NCBI GenBank assembly: GCA_965205425.1
Contig: CBDBGZ010000008.1
Span: 64,001 to 128,000 of the forward strand
Direction: 5' to 3'
Length of the DNA: 64,000 nucleotides
DNA from: Nitrosopumilus sp.
Lineage (GTDB): Archaea > Thermoproteota > Nitrososphaeria > Nitrososphaerales > Nitrosopumilaceae
Position numbers and translations under genes: made by a program. The notes beneath the pieces are model-generated. The model ran no database searches. It saw nothing but the letters and a program-made list of their open reading frames with translations, and was not told where the DNA came from. This document shows positions 41,878 through 52,511 of the stretch, piece after piece (the first letter of the stretch is position 1; each line of letters starts with the position of its first letter).

Positions 41878-42216
41878 TTAGGTTATTTGATCAAGAATAG
41901 GTTTGAGAACTTTATCGAAGATGGTTGCTCCAACTAGGCCTAGTGCATTACCTACAACAAAGAGAACATAATTGGCAATAATTTCTCCAATACTGTTATT
42001 AGAAATTGCAATAAGCGTTGCAAGTAGAAAAATGATGATACCCATAATACTGAAAATTCTTGCAGATTCTTGTGTTATTGCAAAATAGCCACATAAGGCA
42101 ACAATGAACCCTAAAAATATTTCAAATCCAGGTTCAATCACAATATTATTGCATTTTTCACAGATAAAACAATTCTGCAGGTTTAATTTGTTCAAAATTG
42201 AAGAGACCTTCCTCAT
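41878..42216 (-). CDS. Small membrane protein
   Basis: Three hydrophobic segments. Confidence 0.5.
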   Translation of the reverse strand: MRKVSSILNKLNLQNCFICEKCNNIVIEPGFEIFLGFIVALCGYFAITQESARIFSIMGIIIFLLATLIAISNNSIGEIIANYVLFVVGNALGLVGATIFDKVLKPILDQIT

Positions 42217-42224
42217 TTGATGCT

Positions 42225-42500
42225 AAGGGTAGCGCAACATGACGCTACCTTCGATAACTTCTTTATCTTTTGATAAAAAAGTGGGAAAGTTGTTCAAATG
42301 ATCCAACCTTAAGTTCAAATGAACTGAAGGGTGTCTCAAACAAACAACCTTTGCCAATATCGGCAAAGGTATGTGGTAACTTCGTGGAAATATTTCCACC
42401 ATGTGACAACCCTATGGTAAATTTTCCACAGGGTAGACATTTTGTTCAAATGAACTAAAGGGTTTATCTTTAGATAAAACCTTAGAGGGGGGGAGGGGGG
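42225..42500. other. Putative replication origin of the integrated element
   Basis: Hairpin ggtagcg..cgctacc; repeats gttcaaatga x3 (two as gttcaaatgaact.aagggt); tttatcttt.gataaaa x2; G-tract; lies downstream of the ATPase gene. Confidence 0.5.
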
Positions 42501-42579
42501 TATTGTGTTGTAATTCGGGCGATGCGTCTAGTTTTTGGTTTGTTGTATCATCATGTTCTCTAAACATCATCATTTCCTC

Positions 42580-44336
42580 TCAATCTACCGATAGTATTGG
42601 GGGTATCGGGGATGGTGCGGACAAACCTGAACCCTCTATCCCCTGTCCCCCCGATAGCATCCGTTGTTTGTGAGACTTTATCACATCAATTTTGACAGAC
42701 CTTTTACTTGTTGTAGAATAATCTCTGTCCGTGATAGTAGCAACATAACCATAATTTTTCAAATAGGGATTTACTCTTTGGAATGTACCTCTGAGTTTGT
42801 TTGATGCTTTAGGAAACGTTGAGAATTTGCCCTTTGTATCAAAGTGATTGTTCTCCGCCCAAGATACTGCCTTAGTGTAGAATGTTGTAAGATCTTCAGT
42901 TAACGTTTCAACTCCCCTCATTCTGTCAAGAATATAGGCGACAATTCCATGATTTTCAGCAGCTTCGTTGGTGCTGTCTGCCATTGTTTCATTGTATGAT
43001 TTTAAAAACTCCTCTGGTTTGTTGCCATTACATCTAGAGATACACTCACCCCAAATGACAAAATCAGACATTCTTGGGAGTTTTCCCTGTAATTCATCCT
43101 TGACATTCTCATACATCTTCAATGAACGAGACAACAAATTGAAAATATCAGATAGTACAAAAGGACGAATCTTTTGGACTTTCTCGTCGTATTGTTTGTT
43201 TGACATCATGTCCTCAGGGGTTAGAGGAGTGAGTTTGTACTGGATGGTTCTTTGGATAAAGTCCCCTCTATCAACAGATAGACCAATTCCATTTAGTACA
43301 AATTTTCGGATATACGTTGCAACTACCATTTCCTCATCAGTGAACAATTTTCTTTTTTCATTTGATGAACCAGTGACAGCTCTGCAAACATCGTCAGATT
43401 CCTCTGGAGTTATGTGGATAAATTATCAAAAACATGTAGATATTTTTGAGAGAACGATACAATTCTATCAACTGCATTCTTTGGCAGCTTTGAAACATTG
43501 TCAACTATTACGTCACTTTGAGGGTCAATGATCAGTTTGATTGTCCCTGATAGTGTTGTTTTACCCTGTCCCATTTCATCAACAAAGGACATTGATGGAA
43601 TAGGTGCAGCTTCTAACATTAGACATACTAAATGTACTTTGAAAAGTTCTTGCTGTTCAGGAATTATTCTAATTAATTTCATCAGTTCTTGAATTCCTTG
43701 ACCAGTTATCATTAGCTCTGGCATAACTTGTGGAGCTGTTCTGGCAGAATTTACAAAGACAGGATCATCAAGTGAAAGGTGGATCATCTCAACTTTTCCC
43801 TTTGTCATCTTGATTGCCTTTTTGTCAGGTGTTGCCAAGTCATAGTAAATCGAGTCTTCAAGATGTGCGATTCTAACATGAGTCTGGACTCGTTGAGTAC
43901 TTTCATTAAAATCAGCTAGAGAGGCAGCAGTATCACATGCAGATTTGTAGACATCATCAGAGAATAGAACTTTTTCAGCCTTGTAGAATCGGATCTTGAT
44001 AAATTCTTGGTATCTTTTTGAGTGCATTTCAAAATTAATTACATAATTTTTCTCAGGAATACAGGCAATGACTTGGGTGCCATCGTTTTGAGAAATTACA
44101 ATTTTCTTGTTTAGATGCTGCATAAATTTGAGCAGTTGAATCTTTGGGGCCACTGTCTTAACCTCATCATTCTTAGAATCATTACCAATTGTGACTGAAT
44201 CTCCATAATCTAATTGGGGTTCAGAGCAATCACAATCCAAGTTATACTTTTGACATATTCTGCACCTAGGTTCCATCAGCAATGTCCTCCTCTGAATAAA
44301 TTTCCTGACAATATCGGCAACACTTACACTTGGCAC
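42580..44336 (-). pseudogene. MGE replication ATPase/helicase-like protein split by a 1-nt frameshift near 43415
   Basis: Walker A GQGKTT and FDNLS; continues in another frame as SDDVCRAVTG..KRKLFTDEE, PRMSDF. Confidence 0.7.
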
Positions 44337-44676
44337 CTAATCGATTAGACCCAACATGTCCCAATGGTGAGAAATGATTTCGTTCAACTGACGTCACATA
44401 TTTGCCCATTAGAAAAATCCCCCTAGACAATTTACTTTAGGGAAATCTATCCTAAACAAAACACACCTCTCTGATTTCAGTCAGGCAGGTAACATCATAG
44501 GTTGTTCTGGGGAGAGCAACTGACATTTTAATTCAAAATTTCCTTTGCTAATACAAAATCTTGAAACACATGATGTTCTTTACAGTTTGAACAGAGATGA
44601 TATGTGGATGTCTTATCATTTCCAACATCAAAAGTGATTCTAACTGCATGAGGAGGATGACTACACTCTTTGAATA

Positions 44677-44823
44677 TCATGAGTCATTCTCCAACTCTAC
44701 AATTCTTTTTTGCATTACATCTAATGCTTGATTGATTATTTTGTCACCACCTCGAATAATGTGTTGTCCTGTGATTCTCTCAATTCGTCGAATTGTTTCA
44801 ATCTTAACTTTTAGTTGAGTCAC
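44677..44823 (-). CDS. Small putative DNA-binding protein (48 aa)
   Basis: MTQLKVKIETIRRIERITG..GDKIINQALD; follows the integrase, coupled to further small ORFs. Confidence 0.45.
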   Translation of the reverse strand: MTQLKVKIETIRRIERITGQHIIRGGDKIINQALDVMQKRIVELENDS

Positions 44824-44876
44824 AAAGTAACTAACTAATCTAAATTAAAGGTATATCCATCAAGATTTCTTAAAGA

Positions 44877-46061
44877 TTATTTTTTTCTAATTAATGATTC
44901 AATTTCTTTTGAAGACATGTGGTTTATCACATCTAACACAGCATCTCTGGTTAATTCTTTGTTGTATTTTTTAATTGCCAAAATTTCTTTATCTTTCTTT
45001 TCTAGATTGTGTTTTGTTTTATCAATCTCATCAATTGCCAAATCTATCATCGCTCTTTGAAAATAAGAAATTCTTTCTTCTTTTGTCTTAACAATGTACA
45101 TTGCCAATGATTTTCTATGTCTAATGTAACCATGTGCTAATGCTTCACCATTTTCTCGAGAGTATTCAGTGGAGCATCTCTTTCTCCAAGAGTGCATGTT
45201 GAATTTGTGACGTCCTGAATTTTCATAGACATCAGTCATGCCTAAAGCATTGTACGTCTTTCTAATCCTTTGAAGATGATTATGTTTGAATTGAATTGGT
45301 TTTTGTGAATCATATAGCTTGAAAACAAAATGATCAGGCATTCCATGACACAATAGTTTTAGTCGTTTTGCAGTTTCAGGTCGTACATAGCGGGTGCCTC
45401 CTGCATTTTTTCCCTTTGAGTTTTCTTTTGGAAGAAATATCTCAACAGGGTTCTTTTCAAAATTGATGTGCTTTTCTTGTACAAGACATGTCTCAGTCAT
45501 TCTAAATCCAGTATCATTTAGAAAATGATACAGTGTAATTGATTGTTGATCAGTAGTTATCTCAATTATAGCCCTAGCTTGTTCTGCAGTTAGTGGTTCT
45601 GATTCTTCATTTTCATAGTTTCCAGTGTCTGCTTTAGGTTTTGTAATGGCCATCTTGATATCATCATCATGAATCCTAATTCCCCCAACCAAAGAAAGAT
45701 ACTTTCTAGCTGTGGAAAAATAATGCGATATACTGTTCTTGTTCTTTTTTCGCAGGTAATATTTTGCAGAATTATATCTAGCCCTAGTAAGTAGTATGTT
45801 TGGATGGTCTTGCTGCAACCAGGCGACATAATCATCAAGAAATCTTAAAACTTTGGATGGAGAACGTGTGTTTTCCATATCAGTTCTTAAATCATCTAAA
45901 ATTGTCTCAGTGTCTCTACCATACTTGTCCTTACAATACAAATCCAAATTAGTTAGATGTGTCTGGGCTGATTCTTTAGAACTTTGAGATTGACTGGCAT
46001 TGTAGACTTTTTCTAAAAATTGGCCTCTATCTATACGGTCACTGATGTAATCTAATGTCAT
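44877..46061 (-). CDS. Tyrosine recombinase/integrase
   Basis: TGFRMTE (R), SKGK (K), HSWRK (HxxR), IRH...MY (H/Y). Confidence 0.9.
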   Translation of the reverse strand: MTLDYISDRIDRGQFLEKVYNASQSQSSKESAQTHLTNLDLYCKDKYGRDTETILDDLRTDMENTRSPSKVLRFLDDYVAWLQQDHPNILLTRARYNSAKYYLRKKNKNSISHYFSTARKYLSLVGGIRIHDDDIKMAITKPKADTGNYENEESEPLTAEQARAIIEITTDQQSITLYHFLNDTGFRMTETCLVQEKHINFEKNPVEIFLPKENSKGKNAGGTRYVRPETAKRLKLLCHGMPDHFVFKLYDSQKPIQFKHNHLQRIRKTYNALGMTDVYENSGRHKFNMHSWRKRCSTEYSRENGEALAHGYIRHRKSLAMYIVKTKEERISYFQRAMIDLAIDEIDKTKHNLEKKDKEILAIKKYNKELTRDAVLDVINHMSSKEIESLIRKK

Positions 46062-46200
46062 ATTTTATTCCCCTCAAGTTTTATCAAAAAGAATTGTCGC
46101 GTAAAATATTGAAAAATACACCAAAATAGGGATGAACTGTATTTCGCAGTCTTCGCCTTCCAAGAGAAAAGGATATTAGTAAAAAATACTGCAATTAATT

Positions 46201-46323
46201 ATGGAAAATCGTTCAATGCCAGTATGTTTTACTGAAAAACAATACAAAATGATCGAAGAATTTGCCAAGAGAAATGGTATGCTAAATGCAAGTCAGGCTC
46301 TTGAAAAAATCTTAAACGAATAA
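46201..46323 (+). CDS. Small RHH/CopG-like protein
   Basis: MPVCFTEKQYKMIEEFAKRNGMLNASQALE. Confidence 0.6.
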   Translation: MENRSMPVCFTEKQYKMIEEFAKRNGMLNASQALEKILNE

Positions 46324-46389
46324 GCATTTTTTGTTATTTTTATTTTGTTTACATTTATAGAATATATCATATCATGAAGATCAAAGAAA

Positions 46390-46800
46390 ATGGGATTATT
46401 TAGTAAAAAACCATCATTTTGTAGTGTTTGTAACAAAGAATTAACGCACAAACACAAACCAAAAAGAGAGTGGAATATCAAAGGTCCACTTTGTGGGGAT
46501 TGTCATTTTGATAAATCAAAAGAATACTATGAAGGAAAAGTGAGGCAACCATGTGTTGTTTGTGGAACTACACAAAAAATTACAGATTTGTGGGAACCAA
46601 GATGGCAATGGGATATGGAAGGATTATTGTGTAAAACCTGTTTTGACAAAAAAGAAGAAGACCACGGTAAAAAGAAAAACTTTTGTTCATTATGTGAGGG
46701 TAAAATGGGATTGATCAGATACAATGCAAAGGGACATTGGAAAATTGAAGGTCAATTATGTAGAAAGTGTTGGGATGAAAAGAAAGCAGAGTTTGGATAG
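46390..46800 (+). CDS. Conserved multi-CxxC zinc-binding protein
   Basis: Three repeats CxxC...W.(I/M).G.LCxxC. Confidence 0.8.
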   Translation: MGLFSKKPSFCSVCNKELTHKHKPKREWNIKGPLCGDCHFDKSKEYYEGKVRQPCVVCGTTQKITDLWEPRWQWDMEGLLCKTCFDKKEEDHGKKKNFCSLCEGKMGLIRYNAKGHWKIEGQLCRKCWDEKKAEFG

Positions 46801-46802
46801 AA

Positions 46803-47000
46803 GTGGGATTCTTTAAAAAAATAAAATGCGAACACTGTGATAAGAAATTTTCTAAAGAAGAAGAACTAATGAATCATAAACAAATTGTACATGGGAAAGA
46901 TTTACAATACGATTGTAAAGAATGTGAAAAATATTTTTCAAACATGGAAGACATGAGAACTCATTTACAAAGAGAACACAGTTACAAAAAAGATAGATAA
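46803..47000 (+). CDS. C2H2 zinc-finger protein
   Basis: Two CxxC-x12-H-x4-H fingers. Confidence 0.85.
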   Translation: MGFFKKIKCEHCDKKFSKEEELMNHKQIVHGKDLQYDCKECEKYFSNMEDMRTHLQREHSYKKDR

Positions 47001-47207
47001 CTAAATTGCTTTTACTGTTTTAACTACAGGAGGTCTTGCTTTAGTAAATACTCTAAATCCACAAATACATTTGATTTCAGGCAATCTAGATAATTCAGTA
47101 TTTGAAACAGTAGTTCCACATCTCAAACAAGAATAGTTTACTTCAAAAGTCTCAACAGGAGTTTCTTCTACTTTATCAATTTCTTCTTCAACCATGTTTA
47201 TCATCAA
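47001..47207 (-). CDS. rpoP: RNA polymerase subunit Rpo12 (P)
   Basis: YSCLRCG..IKCICGFRVFTKARP. Confidence 0.85.
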   Translation of the reverse strand: MMINMVEEEIDKVEETPVETFEVNYSCLRCGTTVSNTELSRLPEIKCICGFRVFTKARPPVVKTVKAI

Positions 47208-47233
47208 AATTTCTATAATTTAAGGCTACCAGA

Positions 47234-47542
47234 TTATGTCAAGGACAATTCAATATAAACATCATCAGGGATTTTTAGTCTCATTAGTTGTCTAATTGCT
47301 TTGTCATCTGCGTTGATATTGATAATTCTTCTATGCATTTTCATTTCCCATTTTTCATAAGTTTCAGTACCACTGCCACAAGGTGATTTTCTAGTAGCAA
47401 CATGTAATCGTTTTACAGGAAGTGGAGTTGGACCTTTAACTTTGACACCAGTTTTTTTACCGATACCCATGATTTCCCCACAAACACCATCCAATTTTAA
47501 AAGACTGGTAGAAGTGAGTTTAACACGAGCGGTTTGTGTCAT
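47234..47542 (-). CDS. rps10: 30S ribosomal protein S10
   Basis: KGPTPLP, RKSPCGSG, WEMKMHRRII. Confidence 0.96.
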   Translation of the reverse strand: MTQTARVKLTSTSLLKLDGVCGEIMGIGKKTGVKVKGPTPLPVKRLHVATRKSPCGSGTETYEKWEMKMHRRIININADDKAIRQLMRLKIPDDVYIELSLT

Positions 47543-47551
47543 AAAATCCGC

Positions 47552-48850
47552 CTATGGTTTGTACTCTTCAGTAATTTCCTTTACAATACCTGCTGCGATA
47601 GTTGCACCCATATCTCTAAGGGCAAATCTACCCATTTCAGGGAACTCTTGGAAAGTTTCTATACATGTTGGTCTAACCGGTCTAATTTTGACAATTGCAG
47701 AATCTCCAACTTTAAGGAATTTTGGATTTTCTTCTTCAACTGCACCAGTTGCTGGGTTAATCTTTTGGAGGAACTCAGTAACAGTTGCCGCAACTTGTGT
47801 AGTGTGTGCGTGCATTACTGGTGTGTAACCAGGGGCAATTGCTGTAGGATGGTGAATAACAATAATTTGGGCTTTGAATTCTTTTGCAACATTTGGTGGT
47901 GCATCAGGAGTACCAAGAACATCTCCTCTCTTGATATCTTTCTTTTCAACACCTCTAAGGTTGAAACCAATGTTGTCACCTGCTTCTGCAGATGGCATTT
48001 CAGTGTGGTGAGTTTCAATAGATTTGATTTCACCAGGAGCACCTGAAGGCATTACAACAATTTTATCGCCTGCTTTCATAATTCCTGTTTCAACTCTACC
48101 TACTGGTACAGTTCCTACACCTGTAATAGTGTAAACGTCTTGAATTGGAACACGTAGTGGTTTACCTACTGGTTTCTCAGTTATGGTAAAGTCATCAAAT
48201 GCTTCTAACAAAGTCTTACCTTTGTACCAAGCCATGTTCTCAGATTTCTTGACTAAGTTATCTCCTTTCCATCCAGAAACTGGAATGATAGGTACTTGGT
48301 CTAATTTGTAACCAACAGATTTTGCTAAGCCTTCACCTTTTGCTTTGGCTGCGTTGAATGCATCTTCTTTGTATTCGACTGCATCCATTTTGTTGATTGC
48401 AATGATTAGTTGGCTTACACCGAGTGTTTTGAGCAAGAATGCGTGTTCTCTTGCTTGTCCACCTGCAGCAATTGCAGTATCGGTTTCACCTTCTTTTGCT
48501 GAAAGTACTAGAATGGCGGCATCTGCTTCAGAAGCACCAGTAATCATGTTTTTAATAAAGTCCCTGTGACCAGGAGCGTCAATCAAAGTAAAGAAGTACT
48601 TTGGTGACTCAAACTTTTGGAAAGCTAGATCGATTGTAATACCTCTCTCCCTTTCATCTTTAATGTTATCCATAACCCAAGCGTACTTGAAAGTATCACC
48701 TTTTCCGGTCTTTTCGGATTCTGCTCCGTGAGCTGCAATTGTTCTTTCATCTACAACTCCAAGATCCATCAAAAAATGACCCATAGTAGTTGATTTTCCA
48801 TTATCAATATGTCCTGTAACAATCAGGTTCAAGTGTGGTTTATCTGCCAT
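47552..48850 (-). CDS. tuf: Elongation factor 1-alpha
   Basis: GHIDNGKST, ERERGITI, DAPGHRDF, NKMD. Confidence 0.98.
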   Translation of the reverse strand: MADKPHLNLIVTGHIDNGKSTTMGHFLMDLGVVDERTIAAHGAESEKTGKGDTFKYAWVMDNIKDERERGITIDLAFQKFESPKYFFTLIDAPGHRDFIKNMITGASEADAAILVLSAKEGETDTAIAAGGQAREHAFLLKTLGVSQLIIAINKMDAVEYKEDAFNAAKAKGEGLAKSVGYKLDQVPIIPVSGWKGDNLVKKSENMAWYKGKTLLEAFDDFTITEKPVGKPLRVPIQDVYTITGVGTVPVGRVETGIMKAGDKIVVMPSGAPGEIKSIETHHTEMPSAEAGDNIGFNLRGVEKKDIKRGDVLGTPDAPPNVAKEFKAQIIVIHHPTAIAPGYTPVMHAHTTQVAATVTEFLQKINPATGAVEEENPKFLKVGDSAIVKIRPVRPTCIETFQEFPEMGRFALRDMGATIAAGIVKEITEEYKP

Positions 48851-48980
48851 ATGAAATGCGTCGCTAAGGGCATTTATTAGCGTTATGAATTTTTGAAGAA
48901 AAATTAAAAAAAATTCAATTAATTACAGATCATAAGACTTTGCCAAAAGCACATAAATCAAAGAGATAGAAATCAAAAAT

Positions 48981-50114
48981 ATGAAAATTACAGTTTCAGT
49001 TATCAAAGCAGACGTCGGAGGGATCGGCGGACATACAAAACCCAGTGACGGCCTAATCAAAGCAATTAGAGATACCGTTGAAAATTCAGGGGATTTACTT
49101 ATTGATCATTACATTGGATATTGTGGCGACGATACTCACATCGTAATGACTCACACACATGGTGTAGATAATGAAAAAATTCACAAATTAGCATGGGATG
49201 CATTCATGGCAGGTACTCAAGTAGCAAAGAACGAGGGATTGTATGGAGCAGGTCAAGATTTGTTAAAAGATTCATTTTCAGGAAATGTAAAAGGAATGGG
49301 TCCAGGTGTTGCAGAGTTAGAATTTGAAGAGAGACCAAATGAAGCATTTACTGTGTATGCAGCAGATAAAACAGAACCAGGTGCATTCAACTATCCAATT
49401 TACAGAATGTTTGTAGATACGTTAAGTAACACAGCATTAATTGTAAACAAAAGTCTGGCAGCAGGGGTTGTAATGAATATCATGGATGTGGAGAAAGCAC
49501 AAATTGCATCATTGCATTTATGGGAAGACAAACCAACCATTGAAGCTGCATTAATGTATCCAGGAAGATATGTTGTAGATTCAGTCTATACAAAAGATGG
49601 AGAACCAATACTAGATGCATCAACGGATAGATTGCACAACATTGCAGGAACATATGTTGGAAAAGATGATCCAATCATGTTAGTAAGAACTCAAAAGAAT
49701 TTTCCAGCAACAGAAGAAGTTGGAAGTGTCTTTAACAACCCACATTATGTTGCAGGGAATACAAGAGGTAGTCATAACATGCCATTAATGCCAGTAAAAT
49801 TAAACTCGGCAGCATCAATCAACTTTTGCATTCCAATTGTAGAATCATTAGTATTCAGCATGCACAACGGTAAACTAGTAGGTCCATTTGATGGATTCTC
49901 AACACCCGATTGGGACTACATTAGAGAAAATGCTACAAAGAAAGCAATAGCAATTAGAAGTCAAGGATTTATTCATCCAGCAACTCTTGTTCCATCAGAA
50001 TTAGAATATGCCGAAGGATACAGAGCAAGAATGGATGTGCTTGAAACTAAAATGAAACCAATGGAAGAAACATCCAGTGGTGAAAAGAAAGGAAATTACG
50101 AAGATCCAGATTAG
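48981..50114 (+). CDS. fbp: Fructose-1,6-bisphosphate aldolase/phosphatase
   Basis: KADVGG..GH, GLYGAGQDLL, YVGKDDP, RGSH. Confidence 0.96.
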   Translation: MKITVSVIKADVGGIGGHTKPSDGLIKAIRDTVENSGDLLIDHYIGYCGDDTHIVMTHTHGVDNEKIHKLAWDAFMAGTQVAKNEGLYGAGQDLLKDSFSGNVKGMGPGVAELEFEERPNEAFTVYAADKTEPGAFNYPIYRMFVDTLSNTALIVNKSLAAGVVMNIMDVEKAQIASLHLWEDKPTIEAALMYPGRYVVDSVYTKDGEPILDASTDRLHNIAGTYVGKDDPIMLVRTQKNFPATEEVGSVFNNPHYVAGNTRGSHNMPLMPVKLNSAASINFCIPIVESLVFSMHNGKLVGPFDGFSTPDWDYIRENATKKAIAIRSQGFIHPATLVPSELEYAEGYRARMDVLETKMKPMEETSSGEKKGNYEDPD

Positions 50115-50179
50115 AGATTTTAGATCTTGTGAATCATAGGAAATAGTTAAATCAAAAAACTACGTACTAGTATTAGATC

Positions 50180-50590
50180 ATGAATGCTTTTCAAAAGGTG
50201 TTTGATTGGAAAACGTATATTTTCACAGCATTAGCAGTCATATCTTTTTCAAGTTTTGTGGCAGTGCTATTTGGACAAACGATTCCAGGAGTAATTTTAG
50301 CATTTTTTAAGATTGCAGGAGAATATGTTATTTTAGGAGCAGTCTTCATCTTTGCATTTGCATGGCTTCTAAAAGCAAGACCCCATAACCGTCCAAAAGA
50401 ATATTCAATTGTGCCATTTGACGTATACGGGAAAAAAAGTAAGATAGAGGGAATTAGGACAGAATTCAAAACACATGATGTTGCATGGAGTTTTATGAAA
50501 CAATACAAAAAAGCATACCCATTTTACAACTTTGCACTAGTTTCAGATCTTCCAAAGTCTGATAAACCAACAATCTTCAGATACATCTAA
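50180..50590 (+). CDS. Conserved membrane protein
   Basis: Two TM segments, core context. Confidence 0.7.
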   Translation: MNAFQKVFDWKTYIFTALAVISFSSFVAVLFGQTIPGVILAFFKIAGEYVILGAVFIFAFAWLLKARPHNRPKEYSIVPFDVYGKKSKIEGIRTEFKTHDVAWSFMKQYKKAYPFYNFALVSDLPKSDKPTIFRYI

Positions 50591-50626
50591 TTCAGACTTT
50601 TATTCAGGATTACGTAGAGAAGTAAA

Positions 50627-52444
50627 ATGGAGTTTTCAATTCTAGCTGAATCTTTTAACAAAATGGAATCCACTAGAAAAAGATTAGAATTAACACAATT
50701 TTTAGTTGAATTATTTGAAAAAACACCTAATGATGTTATTTCTAAAATTACATATCTTATTCAAGGAAAATTAAGACCAGACTTTGAAGGAATTGAATTA
50801 GGAGTTTCAGAAAAATTAGTGTTAAGAGCAGCAAAAAAATCATTAGGGATAAATGAAAATGATATCGTTGCAACTTTAAATAAAATAGGAGATCTTGGAA
50901 CTGCAATTTCAAAAACATTAGAGAAAAAAACACAGACGGGTCTATTTGATTTTGGAATTGATTCAGATACATATGATGAGGCAATGTTCGACACCAAAGC
51001 CAACACAGTGGAAAGAATTTACGAAGTATTATGGTCAATTTCTCAATTAGAAGGTGCAGGAAAAAACATTCAAGATAAAAAAATTAATTTTATTTCTAGT
51101 CTGTGGAACAAATCCAAGCCTACAGAAGTAAAATTTGTTACAAAGCTATTACTTGGAACGTTACGATTAGGGGTAGCAGAAAATACAGTAATGGATGCTT
51201 TAGCAATTACATATTCAGGAAATAAAGAAAATAGGAAAAAACTACAACATGCATACAACGTATCTAGTGATTTAGGTAAAGTTGCAGAGACCATTGCAAC
51301 AAAAGGCCTAAAAGGAATTGAAAAGTTTGAAATTATTTTATTTAATCCAATTAGACCAATGTTAGCTGACAGAGTAAAAAGTGAACAAGAAGCAATTGAA
51401 AAAATGGGGAAAGAGTTTGCAGCAGAATACAAACTAGATGGGGAAAGAGTTCAACTACACATAGAGGGAGACAAAGTTGCATTATTTTCTAGAAGTTTAG
51501 AAAGAATTGAAAGTTACTACCCAGACATTATAGAAAAAATTCCTAAAAATATTCAAGCAGACAATATTATTTTAGAAGCAGAAGCAGTTGCAATAAATGA
51601 AAACACAGGAGAATTTTTACCATTTCAAGAACTTATGCATAGAAGAAGAAAATACAAAATAGAAAAAGCAGTTACAGAGTATCCAATTACTGTGAATTTT
51701 TTTGATGTTTTGTATTGTAATGAAAAAGACTGCACCGGATTAAGTTACAAAGAAAGAAGAGAAAAACTGGAAAAATATGTTAAAGAAGATGAATTTGCAA
51801 AATACATTCCTATGAACACAGTAAGAAATGAAAATGAAGTTGAAGATTTTATGGAAAATAGTATCAATGCAGGAAGTGAAGGTTTGATGTTAAAGATGTT
51901 AGATAAACCATATCAAGCAGGTTCAAGAGGCAGTCATTGGTTAAAGCTTAAACGGGAATACAGAAATGAATTAGGAGACAGTTTAGATCTTGTTGTGATA
52001 GGAGGATTTTTTGGAAAAGGTAGAAGGACTGGAAATTATGGAACATTACTTTTAGCAACTTATGATGAAGATGAAGATACATTCCCAAGTATTTGTAAAG
52101 TGGGAACAGGTTTTTCAGATGAATCTTTAGATCAACTGTATCAAATACTAAATCCAAAAGTTTCAATTAAAAAAAATCCACGCATCAAAAGTGATATGGA
52201 AGCAGATGTATGGTTTGAACCAGAACTAGTAATCGAAATAGTCGCATCTGAAATTACACTTAGTCCAATTCACAAAGCTGCATTTAATGCAATTCGTAAA
52301 GATGCAGGATTGGCATTGAGATTTCCAAAATTTACTGGGAAAATTAGAGTCGAAAAAGCAGTTGAAGATGCATCAACAAATGAGGAAGTCATCACGTTGT
52401 ACAAAGGACAGAAAAAAGTCGCACACGATAAAAATTTGATGTGA
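50627..52444 (+). CDS. lig: ATP-dependent DNA ligase
   Basis: EYKLDGERVQ motif I, EGLMLK, WLKLK, LRFP. Confidence 0.97.
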   Translation: MEFSILAESFNKMESTRKRLELTQFLVELFEKTPNDVISKITYLIQGKLRPDFEGIELGVSEKLVLRAAKKSLGINENDIVATLNKIGDLGTAISKTLEKKTQTGLFDFGIDSDTYDEAMFDTKANTVERIYEVLWSISQLEGAGKNIQDKKINFISSLWNKSKPTEVKFVTKLLLGTLRLGVAENTVMDALAITYSGNKENRKKLQHAYNVSSDLGKVAETIATKGLKGIEKFEIILFNPIRPMLADRVKSEQEAIEKMGKEFAAEYKLDGERVQLHIEGDKVALFSRSLERIESYYPDIIEKIPKNIQADNIILEAEAVAINENTGEFLPFQELMHRRRKYKIEKAVTEYPITVNFFDVLYCNEKDCTGLSYKERREKLEKYVKEDEFAKYIPMNTVRNENEVEDFMENSINAGSEGLMLKMLDKPYQAGSRGSHWLKLKREYRNELGDSLDLVVIGGFFGKGRRTGNYGTLLLATYDEDEDTFPSICKVGTGFSDESLDQLYQILNPKVSIKKNPRIKSDMEADVWFEPELVIEIVASEITLSPIHKAAFNAIRKDAGLALRFPKFTGKIRVEKAVEDASTNEEVITLYKGQKKVAHDKNLM

Positions 52445-52511
52445 TTCGTGCTCAAAAAAGTTTGAAAACCGTAGAGGATTTAAATTACCTCGAGGTTTTT
52501 TTGTTTATGTT

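Larger units (their letters stand above)
38990..46175. mobile_element. Integrated tyrosine-recombinase element (plasmid/provirus-like), 7.2 kb
   Basis: 18-bp direct repeat ttccaagagaaaaggata at 38990-39007 and 46158-46175; integrase next to one att; replication ATPase and TA pair inside. Confidence 0.85.

Noticed and set aside
42270..42458. 62-aa ORF
   Set aside because: Overlies the repeat-rich putative origin, opposite to all neighbouring genes, no recognisable motif
47442..48569. Plus-strand ORFs over rps10/EF-1alpha (and similar antisense ORFs over transposases, TFB, ligase and SDR)
   Set aside because: Shadow frames of well-supported genes
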